The translations under genes and the position numbers were made by a program. A stretch of DNA of 64,000 nucleotides, from positions 281,542,001-281,606,000 of the forward strand of contig NW_027362772.1 of assembly GCF_046119375.1 (NCBI RefSeq), written 5' to 3'. Source of the stretch: Phyllobates terribilis (taxonomy: Eukaryota). The notes under the pieces are model-generated. The model saw only the letters and a program-made list of their open reading frames with translations. It made no database searches and had not been told where the DNA came from. Shown here in pieces: positions 11,157-23,679 of this stretch. The number at the start of each line of letters is the position of its first letter. Position 1 is the stretch's first letter.

Positions 11157-13078
11157 ACTTTCATCAATGCAAATACCGGATCATTACTTTATAAGATAAC
11201 ATTTCGTTTTTTTTCAAGTCTATGGTCACATAAGAATTAGTCACTTAAAGGGGTCTTCTCATCTTCTAAATTCATGGCATATCTATAGGATATCAATAAA
11301 AGTATAATAGGTGCAGAGGTGGGATCGATATCTATCGCCAGATCAGGGTCCTATTACGTGCCACTGTCAATGGAGAGATGGCCATACATGCACATATCTT
11401 CCTATTGATTTGTATGTTTGTTCCAAAAACTTGCACAAAAAATCAATGAAGGGAGATTGCGCATGTGACTCGCCCCCTGGGCCGTGGGGCGCTCGGAGCC
11501 GGGCAACAGGGCAATGATGGGGGTAGTAGTGGCAACCCGGTCCGTGGCTCAGGGTGGTCAGACCAGTGGCAGTCTTCTATATGTTTAGCAATGTCCGACT
11601 ACGCAACCCGTGGATTGCAGTCAGGGAGACCGCTGCTGCAAGGCAGACCGCTGAGGCTGGTGTTGGGGATGCAGCAGGGAATAGTACAACTCCCCACGGG
11701 AGGAGTGTAGCCTCAGGGCAGTGTAACAGGATATTGGGGGTGATGGTGCAGGCGCAGCAGTAACCACACAGAGTCCAATAATGCAGTCCAGGGTCTTTTA
11801 CTGCAGAACTTATCACAGACCCACCATGAGTACAGGGTAGGAATGGGCCCGGGTGTCTGAGGGCATTCGGGTGAGCTCCACTGGCCAGGTTGAGTGGGTA
11901 GGCCTACCGTTCTCTCTCTGCCCTTGCTGACTATCTCCCCCTTAAGTGGTATGATAGCCCACGTCCCTGAGCTTGCCCTGTACTACGCCTGTATGGCTTG
12001 CGACTCGGGCCTTAGGTACCTGTAGCTTCTCTGTGCTGTACCGGTCCCTCTGTGTGGCGGAGCCTCCAGGCTTCTTAGGCCAAGGGACCTGAAATCCCTT
12101 GCAGGTTGGTTATCTGCTGCAGGGCTTGCAACCCTGACAGCCTCGGACCCCAGTGTCCGGTTGTGTAGTTCTCTTTCAACCAGGACCGGCTCTCGTCGCC
12201 TCTGTCCCTGGCATTTCTCTTCCTCCTTTGCCTCCTGGACTCCTCAGCTGCGGCTGACCTGTCCCTCTCTTCTGGGAACCCTTCTGGATGCTTCAGAAGT
12301 GGGTCCTGGTCTCTCTAACCCTGGCCTCAGTACCAGCTTTTATAGGGGCAGCCTGCTCCCCCTATTGGCCTGGGACAGGAGGTGCTGCATGCAAATGGTC
12401 CATGACCAGAGAACCTCCCTCCTGCTCTCAGACACAGCCTTACAAGTTTGTGGCATCCAGGCCTGGGGTGACACATTCCCCCCTAGTAAAGCTTAGTACT
12501 CTGGGACTAAGCAGTAAACACAAATACTGGGTATAAATAACAACATAACATATGTACAAGTGCATTTTGTCTTTAAGGCCACGGCGCTCCCGTGACCGGG
12601 TGTCCATTTCACCCAACAAGGCGAACTTTTTGAGCAATGTGGGGACCTGTCCAAAGCAAACCCCAAATGTCGGCCCTGGGCGTGGCTGCAAGGCGAAGCA
12701 AACTACTTTGGACCACTCGAGGCCACACCAGACAGGTTTTTCTTCCGTGGACGTCTTCGCAAGAGGGCACCAGGTGCAACTATCTACAAGATAGTTCCGG
12801 TTATCCAAAGTTCATAACCTGTCAGTCCATATATCTAGAAAAACTAGAGAAAACACTATTAGTTACAGGTAACAAACATATTAAATATATACAAGGTACG
12901 CTCAGATCTTGCACTTATATCCTCGAGCGAGCTGGTGTTTGACCCCTAGTGCTCCTGGTTGACCTCCTTAACCCACTGTCTGGTGGTGGACCAACCTGGC
13001 TTTCCCCACTATCATTGAGGGTACAGCTACTAGCTGGGTGTACAGGCAGGGCAGGCAGCTGTCTGCGGGTCCTTTGGC

Positions 13079-16000
13079 TTACCGCAGGCATGGCAGGCTC
13101 ACTGTCAGCAGAGGGTTGACTCTCCTGGGCTGCTGGCGTGGGTTCTTCTGCCTCCGGGCTGCTTGTTCTTCTTGTTCTTCTGTAGGCTCCTGCTGGGTAG
13201 GCTGAAGGAAGTGTAGGACGGGTACCACTATTGCGCCATTTATCTGAGTCCAGGTCCGGGGGAACTCTCTGAGAACTGAGAACTGTACCTTCTTGTACTG
13301 TAGCCGCCGTTCCGTATCCCAGTCCGCATCTGGGGAGGTGTCCTCAGGCGTCAGGACCCCCATTTCCAGGTCGATCGGCAGCTTACCTGGTCTTGCTCGC
13401 ATCAGGTAAGCCGAGGTGCAATTTGTAGCATTCACCGGGATATGGTTGTACAAGTCAATCAGGTCTGGCAGCTTCTCCGGCCACAGGCTGCGTTCTTCCA
13501 GGGGTAACGTCTTGAGGAGATCGATGACGATATTGTTCATTTTCTCACACAGCCCGTTGGTTTGCGGGTGGTAAGGTGTCGTCCGAATCCTCCTACAGCC
13601 GTAGAGGTTGCAGAACTCCTGGAATACTTCAGCCTCAAACGCTGGACCTTGATCTGTCAAGACCTGTTCCGGATACCCATGTGGACGGCAGAAGTGTTGC
13701 TGGAAGGCTCTGGCCGCAGTTTGGGCTGTCAGGTCTTTAACAGGAACCACTGCCAGGAACCGGGAGTAATAGTCCACAATTGTCAGGGCATAGACGTAGC
13801 CCGACCGGCTTGGAGCCAATTTCACATTGTCCAGAGCTACCAGCTCAAGAGGCTGCCTGGTGACGATGGGCCTCAGGGGTGTCTGCTGGCTGGTATGGTC
13901 CTTCCTTCTGAGGTGACATGGGCCGCAGTCCCTGCTCCACTTCTCTATGGCCCTTCTCATGCCGACCCAATAGAACCGCTCCCTCAGTAGGAACTCCAGT
14001 TTCTTCCACCCGAAGTGTCCCGCTCTGTCATGGTAGGCCTCCAGGACCATTGCTGCATCTCGCCTTGGGACCACTATCTGCCAGGTCAGCTCGTGCGTCC
14101 GGTGGTTGACAAGCCTTCTGCACAGCTTACCCTCGTAGAGGAATAGCCTGCTTTTCTACTTCCATATCTGCTTGGCTTCCTCTGGAGCGTCCGGGCCAGG
14201 GCTAGTGTCTTCCTGGGTTAACATGTCTTTCACCAGGCGTTTTGCAGGGTCGCTATCTTGCGTTTCAGCCCAGCTGTGGTGGGGTAAGAGGTTGAACATG
14301 ACGGTGGTTAAGTCTTTGTCTCTTACCCAGTGAGAATGCTGAGCGGCCCCATACCGGTGGAACGCAGGGAGCTCTATTTCCTCCAGCTCTTCCGAGTCGT
14401 CTTCTCCTTCAGGTAGGTTGGTTCTGCCTGCCCGGTATTTGATTGTGAAGTCATAATTGGATAGTCGGGCCATCCACCGCTGTTCTAGGGCACCTAGTCT
14501 TGCATTGTCCAGATGTGTCAACGGGTTGTTGTCCGTGTACACGGTGAACTTTGCGGAGGCCAGGTAATGCTTAAACCGCTCTGTGATGGTGACTCGCCCC
14601 CTGGGCCGTGGGGTACTCGGAGCCGGGCAACAGGAGACGATGGGGGTAGTGGTGGCAACCCGGTTCCGTGGCTCAGGGTGGTCAGACCAATGGTAGTCTG
14701 CTATGTGCTGTTCATGTTGTCCGACTACGCCACCCGTGGATTGCGGTTATTATGAACTGCCGCTGCAAGGTAAACCCCTGAGGCTGATGGTGTACGCAGC
14801 TGAGGTTGTTTAACTCCCCATAAATGATCACAACCTCCGGTCTTTGGCTGAGGGTAGTTTCTCCTCCACCAACTTGGGATCCGGTACCCTTAATCTGCCT
14901 GACCCTTCACCCGGTATTCTCATGGGTTCTTAGGGTCCCTTCCACCTTCTTGTTCCGGAGCCCTTCTGTTTCTCTCTCTCTCTTCTCCTTCTTTCCTGTT
15001 CCTTCTCTTCTCAGGCCCCGGCCTTTTCTCTAGGCCTGCCTCTGAGCAGAGCTCCTACAGAGCCTCTGCTCCCTGTCCTCTCCTCTCACAGACTGTACTG
15101 AACTCGACTGAACCCAGATCTAAGATGGTGCCCACCTCTTATACTTCCCTCTAAAGCATGAGCCCATGTGACCAGCAACCAATGGGCTCCTGCCTACGCT
15201 CAGGAACCGTCCCCTCCTGCTCCTACATCACCGGGTTTTCCTCCCCACTCCCCACTCCAGCCAGGGACAGATTCTGTCGTGCCTGCATTACTGTCTAATG
15301 GGAGCACCGTTGAGCTGTCCCCCGGAAATGGGGTGTGTGTGCTGCATGCAGCTACCTGAGCCCTGGTCCATACTCCATCCTTACCCGGGAGTGGAATATC
15401 ACACCTCTGGCAGAGGTGCAATACCCCTGTAGCGTCCGAACCCTCGGGGCGCTACAATGGCCCACACCACTGCCCAGAATTCTAGCTTGAAGGAGCTGTA
15501 GTTCTCCGGGTTTCTTTCAGTGGGCCTCAGCTTCCGGCTGGCATACGCGATCACCCTTTCTCTGCCCTGTTGGTTCTGTGACAGTACGGCTCCCAGCCCC
15601 ACATTACTGGCATCTGTGTGGAGGATAAAAGGCTGGCCGTAATCGGGATAGGCCAGTATCTCATCCCCCGTGAAGGCCATCTTCAACTGGCGGAAGGACT
15701 CCTCTTCCGGCTTGTCCTACTTGAAGAGTGGCTTGTGACTTCTGGATTTAGATTGCCCTATCAGGAGGTCCTGCATAGGGGCTGCCATCTTAGTGAACCC
15801 AGGGATGAACCTTCGGTAGTAGCCTACCAACCCGAGGAATTGCCTCACTTCCTTGATGTTAGAGGGGCTTGGCCAGCTCTTGATGGCTGTAACTTTGTCG
15901 GGGTCGGGGGCTACTCCCTCTGCACTCACCACGTGTCCTAGGTACTGGACCTTCGGTTTTAACAGGTGGCACTATGAAGGCTTCACTTTCAGGCCGTAGC

Positions 16001-17582
16001 CTGCCAGGGCTTCGAACACCTCGGCCAGGTGCTTTAGATGGTCCTCGTAAGTCTTCGAATAGACGATCACGTCGTCCAGGTAAAGGAGGACCGTCTCGAA
16101 GTTTCGGTGCCCTAGACAGCATTCCATCAGCCTCTGGAAGGTCCCTGGTGCGTTGCAGAGCCCGAAGGGCATACAGTTGAACTCACTCAGTCCTATCGGA
16201 GTGGTGAAGGCGGTCTTCTCCTTGTCAGCCTCTGCCACAGGAACCTGCCAGTACCCGCTAGTAAGGTCCAAAGTAGAGAAGAAGTTAGCTGATTTTAGGG
16301 CTGCTAAAGACTCCTCTATCCTAGGTAGCGGATACGCATCTTTATGGGTGATACGATTGATTTGCCTATAGTCCACGCACATTCTCATGGTACGGTCTTT
16401 CTTTTTCACCAAAACTAAGGGAGCTGCCCAGGGGCTACAGCTATCTCTAATGACCCCAGCTTCTTTCATTTCTCTCAGCATTCCCTTGGCGTTCTGATAA
16501 TGTGCAGGGGGTACAGGCCTGTGTCTCTCTTTTATTGGTGGGTGGCTCCCCGTGGGGATATGGTGTTCTATCCCTTTTACTCTGCCGAAGTCTAGCAGGT
16601 GCTTACTAAAAATTCTCTCGTACTCCTGAACCACCCGGTAGACTCCTTGTTTTTGGTGCAGGGGAGTGGAGTCGGCACCCACATGGAGTTTCTGGCACCA
16701 GTCCTCCTTTTGTTTCTGGGAGCCATTACCCTCTGCCTGAGGAGATGGAGGCAACGCTTCCACGTCCCTGATAGCTTTGTGCTCAACAGCAAACAGTTTG
16801 GCAAGTGTAGCGTACCTGGGTAAGTGTACCTCCCTCTCCCCAATATTGAGAATGCGCACGGACACCCTCCCATGACGGACATCAACCACCCCCCGGGCTG
16901 TCAAAATGGTGGGCCTGCTGTCTGAGTACACGGGTTCTACCATGGCTTGGTAGTCTCTGCCTCTCAACCCGATTGCAGTCCAACACCAGATCATCATTTC
17001 ACTTTTGGGAGGCATGGAAATGGGGAATGGGTCACTCATTCTTACGCTACCGATCTCACCACCAGACAGTTCTACCTGTTGCCGTCTCATCAGGGCTCTT
17101 ATCTCTTTCTGGAGGACCCTCTGTTGGCTGGATCTCGCATTCATCGCCACCTGCTGTAAAATCACAATTACTTCTGAAAGACAGTTTTCAATCACATTAG
17201 TACCCAAGGTTATTTTAGGGTGACTTTCACGACGGTCAATGTCCACAATGATCACTCCCTGTGCCGGCAGTTCCACCTTACCAATCTTGATGGTCATCTC
17301 TCTGAACCCCACCTGCGGCACGGGTTGGCCATTGCTGGCAATGATGCTTAAGTCATCGTCTGGGTAGCGGGTTATGTCAGCGTCACTCCAGTACCACTTG
17401 AAAAGTACGTAGGGGATGGTAGTCACTTGAGACCCGGTGTCCAGCAGTGCACTCATGGGGATACCGTCCAGCACTACGGGTAAGACCGGGCGTCCCCCCA
17501 CCTACTTATCACGCCAATTAGACGGGCCTGATGACTTTATGCCTGGGGGTTGTCCCTCTACCCCAGGTCGGACCCATTTAAA
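13079..17582 (-). pseudogene. Gypsy pol (protease, RT, RNase H, integrase), inactivated
   Basis: Protease LLDTGS, RT YLDD, RH DASNVGLGAVL and YTDNNPL, integrase HHCC plus D,D,E core. In-frame TAG stops at 17502, 15972, 15717 and 14156, and a solo LTR inserted at 14590-15456. Confidence 0.95.
14590..15456 (-). mobile_element. Solo LTR (867 bp) nested in the RNase H of the Gypsy element
   Basis: TGACTCGCC...CGCTACA termini; perfect TSD ATGG (14586-14589 and 15457-15460); removing it restores EFWAVVWAITERFKHYL. Confidence 0.95.
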
Positions 17583-18529
17583 GTACAGTACCTTGCTATG
17601 TGTCCTGGCTGACTGCAACGGCGGCAAATCGGCTGTCCATCCTCAGTGTAGCGGTCGGCGGGCCTCCCTCTGAACGGCGGGATCCTCCTCTGTCGACACC
17701 ACGGGACATCCTCCGGACTGGAAGCCAGCTCGATTGGTCTTGACGGTTCCACCTGCAACGACTGTACGGTCCTGGTTAATGCAGCCACACTCTTTGTTAG
17801 CTCCTGGACCTGATGGTGCAGGTCTGCAGGCTGGGACGGATTTAGGGCCTGTGCATCAGCCCCCATAAGGTCTGCGGGGTAGGGCGCTGCCCCCTGGTGG
17901 TAAGTGATGGCAGGGCGCCGGGAAGCTACAGCGCCACCTGTTGCGGGTTCTCTGAGCACCCGGATGGCCCGATCCTTGAACTGCGCAAAAGTCAAATCGG
18001 ATTTCTGTAGGGCCATGAAGCGCAGCTAAGTCCTGTGGGCGCTGGACAGCAGACCTTCTATGAACTGGTCAGTCAACAGTTTATCAGAGTCCTGCACGCT
18101 ACCAGGGTCAGCTTGTTTGATAGCTCTCAGGGCTTCTTGCAGGTTCAAGGCATAGTCTCTGATACTATCCTGGGCCCGTTGCTTACAGCCATAGAACCGC
18201 ATTTTTATTTCTGCTGAGGTACGGGTATCAAAGGTACTCCGCAGCCGGGTCAGAATGTTCTTTACTGTCCTTTTCTCCTCATCTGACCATGATTTCACTT
18301 CCCGCTGGGCTGCACCGGTGAGCTGCCCCGTTAGAATGCTCACTTTCTGTTCTTCCGTCAGGGGATAAACTTTGAACAAACTGTGCAGTCTTTCCCTAAA
18401 GTCAGTTAAGGTATGGGATTCCCCTGAGTATTGGGGCAGCCAGGCTGCTCCGGGGATGTAGGGCATAGAGAACGGCATCACCGCTGCTGCAGCCCCGCTG
18501 GTTGTAGAAGGCCCCTCCGTGTCCGTCAT
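17558..18529 (-). pseudogene. Gypsy gag (PNMA-like capsid plus CCHC zinc knuckle) with one premature stop
   Basis: ORFs 18026-18529 and 17558-18016 are in one frame, separated by a TAG; CRRCSQPGHIARYC zinc knuckle. Confidence 0.9.
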
Positions 18530-18895
18530 CTTCCTCCCCCCTAGTTAAGCGTGGCCTACCTTCCGACGATCCTCTTCTGTAGGCCGCGGCTCCGCTGGTG
18601 CTGCTCCGGACAAGGACCTTGCGTCGCGTCCTGGTGACGTCAGTGTCGCTCTCTCTCCCTTCCAGGACCTTGCGCAGCGTCGGTGCGTAGGGCGGGGCTT
18701 CAAGTCTCGCGCGCTTTGGACGTCCACGCCCCTCTTCTTCCCTCACGGCGTCCTGATGGCGGGAAAATGGCTGAAGATGGCGGGAGATGGCTGAAAATGG
18801 CGGGAAACGGCTCCGGATGGCGGGAAACCTCCTTTTAAGGTACGTGTACAGTCTTTTTCAGGCACGCAATACCCGTTTGTGGCGGGTTGGTCACA

Positions 18896-18913
18896 ATCCT
18901 GCCGACTACGCCA
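18896..18913 (-). promoter_or_regulatory. Primer-binding site, tRNA-Ser(AGA/TGA type)
   Basis: TGGCGTAGTCGGCAGGAT, 4 nt (GCTT) after the 5' LTR, is complementary to the vertebrate tRNA-Ser 3' end ATCCTGCCGACTACG-CCA (tRNA sequence recalled, not searched). Confidence 0.9.
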
Positions 18914-21857
18914 AAGCTGACTCACCCCCTGGGCCGTGGGGCACTCGGAGCCGGGCAATAGGGCAATGATGGGGGTAGTAGTGGCAACCCGGTCCGTGGC
19001 TCAGGGTGGTCAGACCAGTGGCAGTCTTCTATATGTTTAGCAATGTCCGAATACGTAACCCGTGGATTGCGGTCAGGGAGGACCGCTGCTGCAAGGCAGA
19101 CCGCTGAGGCTGGTGTTGGGGATGCAGCAGGGAATAGTACAACTCCCCACGGGAGGAGTGTAGCCTCAGGGCAGTGTAACAGGATGTTGGGGGTGATGGT
19201 GCAGGCGCAGCAGTAACCACACAGAGTCCAATAATGCAGTCCAGGGTCTTTTACTGCAGAACTTATCACAGACCCACCATGAGTACAGGGTAGGAATGGG
19301 CCTGGGTGTCTGAGGGCATTCGGGTGAGCTCCACTGGCCAGGGTGAGTGGGTAGGCCTACCGTTCTCTCTCTGCCCTTGCTGACTATCTCCCCCTTAAGT
19401 GGTATGATAACCCACGTCCCTGAGCTTGCCGTGTACTACGCCTGTATGGCTTGCGACTCGGGCCTTAGGTACCTGTAGCTTCTCTGTGCTGTACCGGTCC
19501 CTCTTTGTGGCGGAGCCTCCAGGCTTCTTAGGCCAAGGGACCTGAAATCCCTTGCGGGTTGGTTATCTGCTGCAGGGCTTGCAACCCTGACAGCCTCGGA
19601 CCCCAGTGTCCGGTTGTGTAGTCTCTCTCTGTCAGGACCGGCTCTCGTCGCCTCTGTCCCTGGCTTTTCTCTTCCTCCTTTGCCTCCTGGACTCCTCAGC
19701 TGCGGCTGACCTGTCCCTCTCTCCTGGGAACCCTTCTGGATGCTTCAGAAGTGGGTCCTGGTCTCTCTAACCCTGCCCTCAGTACCAGCTTTTATAGGGG
19801 CAGCCTGCTCCCCCTACTGGCCTGGGACAGGAGGTGCTGCATGCAAATGGTCCATGACCAGAGAACCTCCCTCCTGCTCTCAGACACAGCCTTACAAGTT
19901 TGTGGCATCCAGGCCTGGGGCGACACACATGCATAGCCAGGCCCATCATAGTAATCCAAAGTGATCGGCACTCCACTGATTGGAGTGGTAGAACATAGAA
20001 GAGTAGACAATGTGAATTCAAGAAGGTTCGGGCACTCACACAGGTTTTTTCTTATTTCTATTATTCAATAAAACTGGACGTATTTTAATCCATCCAAAGC
20101 GTTCATCAGCAACCTGAAACGCGCCCACTTTTTTTTGAATAAAATAAAAAACCTGTGTAAGTGACGGGACCTTCTTGATTTCATTTTTTGTCTATCATCC
20201 ATCACAAATTCATGACATAACCTGCCATAACTGTATAAAACCCCTTTAAAGGGAGTCTGTCAGCACAAAATGACTGTTCAAAAAAAGCACAGGCTCTCGG
20301 TGCACCATTGACGTTGCCAAACAGTTCGGTGCACCTCCTCACCTATCTCCACCTATCATATATCTCCACCCTCCTCTGGCTCCTGCAAAGTTCTGACTGT
20401 CAATCAGGTAGGAAGAGGGAGGAGATAAATGAAAAATAAGTAGGTGGGAACGGTGCACTGAACTGATCAGCCATGGCAAAAGTGCACCGAGGGTCTTAGC
20501 TTGGTTTGCACAGTTGTTTTTTGATGATAGGCTTCCTTTAAGGCTCATGAACATGGGTGTAGTATGCTCCACACAACATCCATCATCCATAATACGGCAT
20601 CTGGAGCAGTCCATGAACCACCTTGTACCTCAGTACGCCTTCAATTTGGTACAAAACTTTTGTCCTGCTCCATCAGATACTATGTTATGGAGATGTATTA
20701 CTTCCATTATAAGGTGCCAACGTGGAGGCATCATACGGTAGAGCTCAGCTTGCCCATAGCTCCATTCTTCAGATCAGTAGAAACTCTGGGTACAACTGAC
20801 TCGTTTGGGCGCCCATGGCTGTGCCATGTACATGGAGCCTACCATTGGAGCAACCTGTGGAACCGCACAGGGACCCAAGAGATAAGGGGCCACTTCCACC
20901 TTCCATTGTGCATTGTGAGGAGCAATTGGACTGCACAGGGCCCATATATTGTTCTTGCACAGGAGCCTCTTCTATCTGTGTCCACTCCTGCTGTTGCAAA
21001 TGAAAAACAATTGAAAGCCACTGCGCCAGTGTGTTCTGGGGGTCTTGCTTACAGTTTCCATTAATTTTGTGAAGGTGCTGGGCACAGTTGACCATAGGAG
21101 ATATATGAGGGTCAATGGGTTTAACACCATAAGGACCGTTCGTCCAACACTTCTGTACTTTGAGCGGTCTCCTGAGTATGACCAGGATTGGGGAAACCTC
21201 CCGGCCCCTTAATCATTTAATCACTGTGGTCCTTGACATGATCTAAAGGTAATCTCTCCACATGGATCCCTGATGATCTGATTGGAGAATGGGAAATATC
21301 TCTATAGTCAGCTCTGGTGGTTTAAAAAAGGACCCAGATCTGCCCGTTTAGTAAACCTGCCATTAGGATGCACTACTGCTATTTGCACACAACGTCTTTT
21401 CCAGGTGAGTGAACCCACTGAGACTTTCGAGCGAAAACAACTTAAAAAATATCACCGTTTTTTTCATCTGAAGTGTCTATTTTAGGATCTTTTTTATTCA
21501 CTCCTTGAGCTCTTTTTTTTTAACGTTTTTGACTGTCGCCATTTGTTTTAGCACTTCTGCAGTGAAAATAAAAATCCTACACATATTTGGTAGCCACACG
21601 ACTATAAAAATTGGCCATTTTCTTCTGGATGGAAAAATTATGATGTTTAAATGCTTGTGTGAACCCGGCCCTGGGGTCATCTTCCAAATCACATAAAATA
21701 ATAATCTATGTTAGTTACAACCATTCAAAACCCCAGGTGCACAGTACACCTACATTCCAGGCAAAATGAGTGCCGAGCAGTGGAGTAACTAGAGTCTGAT
21801 GGGCCCCGGTGCAAGATTTGGACTAGGGCTCCCCATCCTGAATAAATTATATATATA

Positions 21858-23484
21858 CAGTACAGACCAAAAGTTTGGACACACCTTCTCATTTAAAGAT
21901 TTTTCTGTATTTTCATGACTATGAAAACTGTACATTCACACTGAAGGCATCAAAACTATGAATTAACACATGTGGAATTATATACTTAACAAAAAAGTGT
22001 GAAACAACTGAAAATATGTCTTATATTCTAGGTTCTTCAAAGTAGCCACCTTTTGCTTTGATGACTGCTTTGCACACTCTTGGCATTCTCTTGATGAGCT
22101 TCAAGAGGTAGTCACCGGAAATAGTTTTCACTTCACAGGTGTGCCTTGTCAGGTTTAATAAGTGGGATTACTTGCCTTATAAATGGGGTTGGGACCATCA
22201 GTTGTGTTGTGCAGAAGTCAGGTGGATACACAGCTGATAGTCCTACTGAATAGACTGTTAGAATTTGTATTATGGCAAGAAAAAAGCAGCTAAGTAAAGA
22301 AAAACGAGTGGCCATCATTGCCTTAAGAAATGAACGTCAGTCAGTCCGAAAGATTGGGAAAACTTTGAAAGTGTCCCCAAGTGCAGTTGCAAAAACCATC
22401 AAGCGCTACAAAAAAACTGGCTCACATGAGGACCGCCCCAGGAAAGGAAGACCAAGAGTCACCTCTGCTTCTGAGGATAAGTTTATCCGAGTCACCAGCC
22501 TCAGAAATTGCAGGTTAACAGCAGCTCAGATTAGAGACCAGGTCAATGCCACACAGAGTTATAGCAGCAGACACATCTCTACAACAACTGTTAAGCGGAG
22601 ACTTTGTGCAGCAGGCCTTCATGGTAAAATAGCTGCTAGGAAACCACTGCTAAGGACAGGCAACATGCAGAAGAGACTTGTTTGGGCTAAAGAACACAAG
22701 GAATGGACATTAGACCAGTGGAAATCTGTGCTTTGGTCTGATGAGTCCAAATTTGAGATCTTTGGTTCCAACCACCGTGTCTTTGTGCGACGCAGAAAAG
22801 GTGAACGGATGGACTCTACATGCTTGGTTCCCACCGTGAAGCATGGAGGAGGAGGTGTGATGGTGTGGGGGGGCTTTGCTGGTGACACTGATTGGGATTT
22901 ATTCAAAATTGAAGGCATACTGAACCAGCATGGCTACCACAGCATCTTGCAGCGGCATGCTATTCCATCTGCTTTGCGTTTAGTTGGACCATCATATATT
23001 TTTCAACAGGACAATGAACCCAAACACACCTCCAGGCTGTGTAAGGGCTATTCGACCAAGAAGAGGAGTGATGGGGTGCTACGCCAGATGACCTGGCCTC
23101 CACAGTCACCAGACCTGAACCCAATCAAGATGATTTGGGGTGAGCTGGACCGCAGAGTGAAGGCAAAAGGGCCAACAAGTGCTAAGCATCTCTGGGAACT
23201 CCTTCAAGATTGTTGGAAGACCATTTTCATTGACTACCTCTTGAAGCTCATCAAGAGAATGCCAAGAGTGTGCAAAGCAGTTATCAAAGCAAAAGGTGGC
23301 TACTTTGTAGAACCTAGAATATAAGACATATTTTCAGTTGTTTCACACTTTTTTGTTAAGTATATAATTCCATATGTGTTAATTCATAGTTTTGATGCCT
23401 TCAGTGTGAATGTACAATTTTCAAAGTCGTGAAAATACAGAAAAATCTTTAAATGAGAAGGTGTGTCCAAACTTTTGGTCTGTA

Positions 23485-23487
<3 letters not shown>
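21858..23487 (+). mobile_element. Full-length Tc1/mariner (DD34E) transposon, 1630 bp
   Basis: TA TSD on both sides; TIRs begin CAGTACAGACCAAAAGTTTGGACAC and run about 255 bp; single transposase ORF. Confidence 0.97.
22272..23324 (+). CDS. Tc1-like transposase, 350 aa, open frame but catalytic Glu replaced by Lys
   Basis: Paired-like HTH, GRPR motif, WSDE, QQDN, then SPDLNPIK in place of SPDLNPIE (codon AAG at 23127-23129). Confidence 0.92.
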   Translation: MARKKQLSKEKRVAIIALRNERQSVRKIGKTLKVSPSAVAKTIKRYKKTGSHEDRPRKGRPRVTSASEDKFIRVTSLRNCRLTAAQIRDQVNATQSYSSRHISTTTVKRRLCAAGLHGKIAARKPLLRTGNMQKRLVWAKEHKEWTLDQWKSVLWSDESKFEIFGSNHRVFVRRRKGERMDSTCLVPTVKHGGGGVMVWGGFAGDTDWDLFKIEGILNQHGYHSILQRHAIPSALRLVGPSYIFQQDNEPKHTSRLCKGYSTKKRSDGVLRQMTWPPQSPDLNPIKMIWGELDRRVKAKGPTSAKHLWELLQDCWKTIFIDYLLKLIKRMPRVCKAVIKAKGGYFVEPRI

Positions 23488-23532
<45 letters not shown>

Positions 23533-23630
23533 AAAATATAAAGAGGCAGCACTCCAAGAAATTTTTGAAAAAAAATGGACTTTAATGAGCCCAAAGGCAA
23601 CGTTTCGTTTCACAGAACCTTTCTCAAGCC

Positions 23631-23665
23631 GGCTTGAGAAAGGTTCTGTGAACCGAAACGTCGCC
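23631..23665 (+). ncRNA. Minimal type I hammerhead-ribozyme-like motif (U3-A8 core variant)
   Basis: GGC-TTGAGAA-A-GGTTC tgt GAACC-GAAA-CGTC-GCC: stem I GGC/GCC, 5-bp stem II, palindromic ACGT stem III, GUC triplet. Confidence 0.5.
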
Positions 23666-23679
23666 TTTGGGCTCATTTA

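Larger units (their letters stand above)
11466..19927 (-). mobile_element. Full-length decayed Ty3/Gypsy LTR retrotransposon
   Basis: Two 1010-bp LTRs (11466-12475 and 18918-19927, about 97-98% identical by eye); 4-bp TSD CATG (11462-11465 and 19928-19931); PPT AGGGGGAA next to 12476; PBS 18896-18913; gag then PR-RT-RH-INT order. Confidence 0.97.

Noticed and set aside
12440-13078. Possible env-like or third ORF between integrase and the 3' LTR
   Set aside because: Only a 122-aa ORF running into the LTR, with no signal peptide, fusion or TM pattern and no CSD like that of the 55.8-kb element.
18896-18913. tRNA-Ser-like sequence (also 57994-58011)
   Set aside because: Only the 18-nt 3' complement including CCA, next to an LTR; these are PBSs, not tRNA genes.
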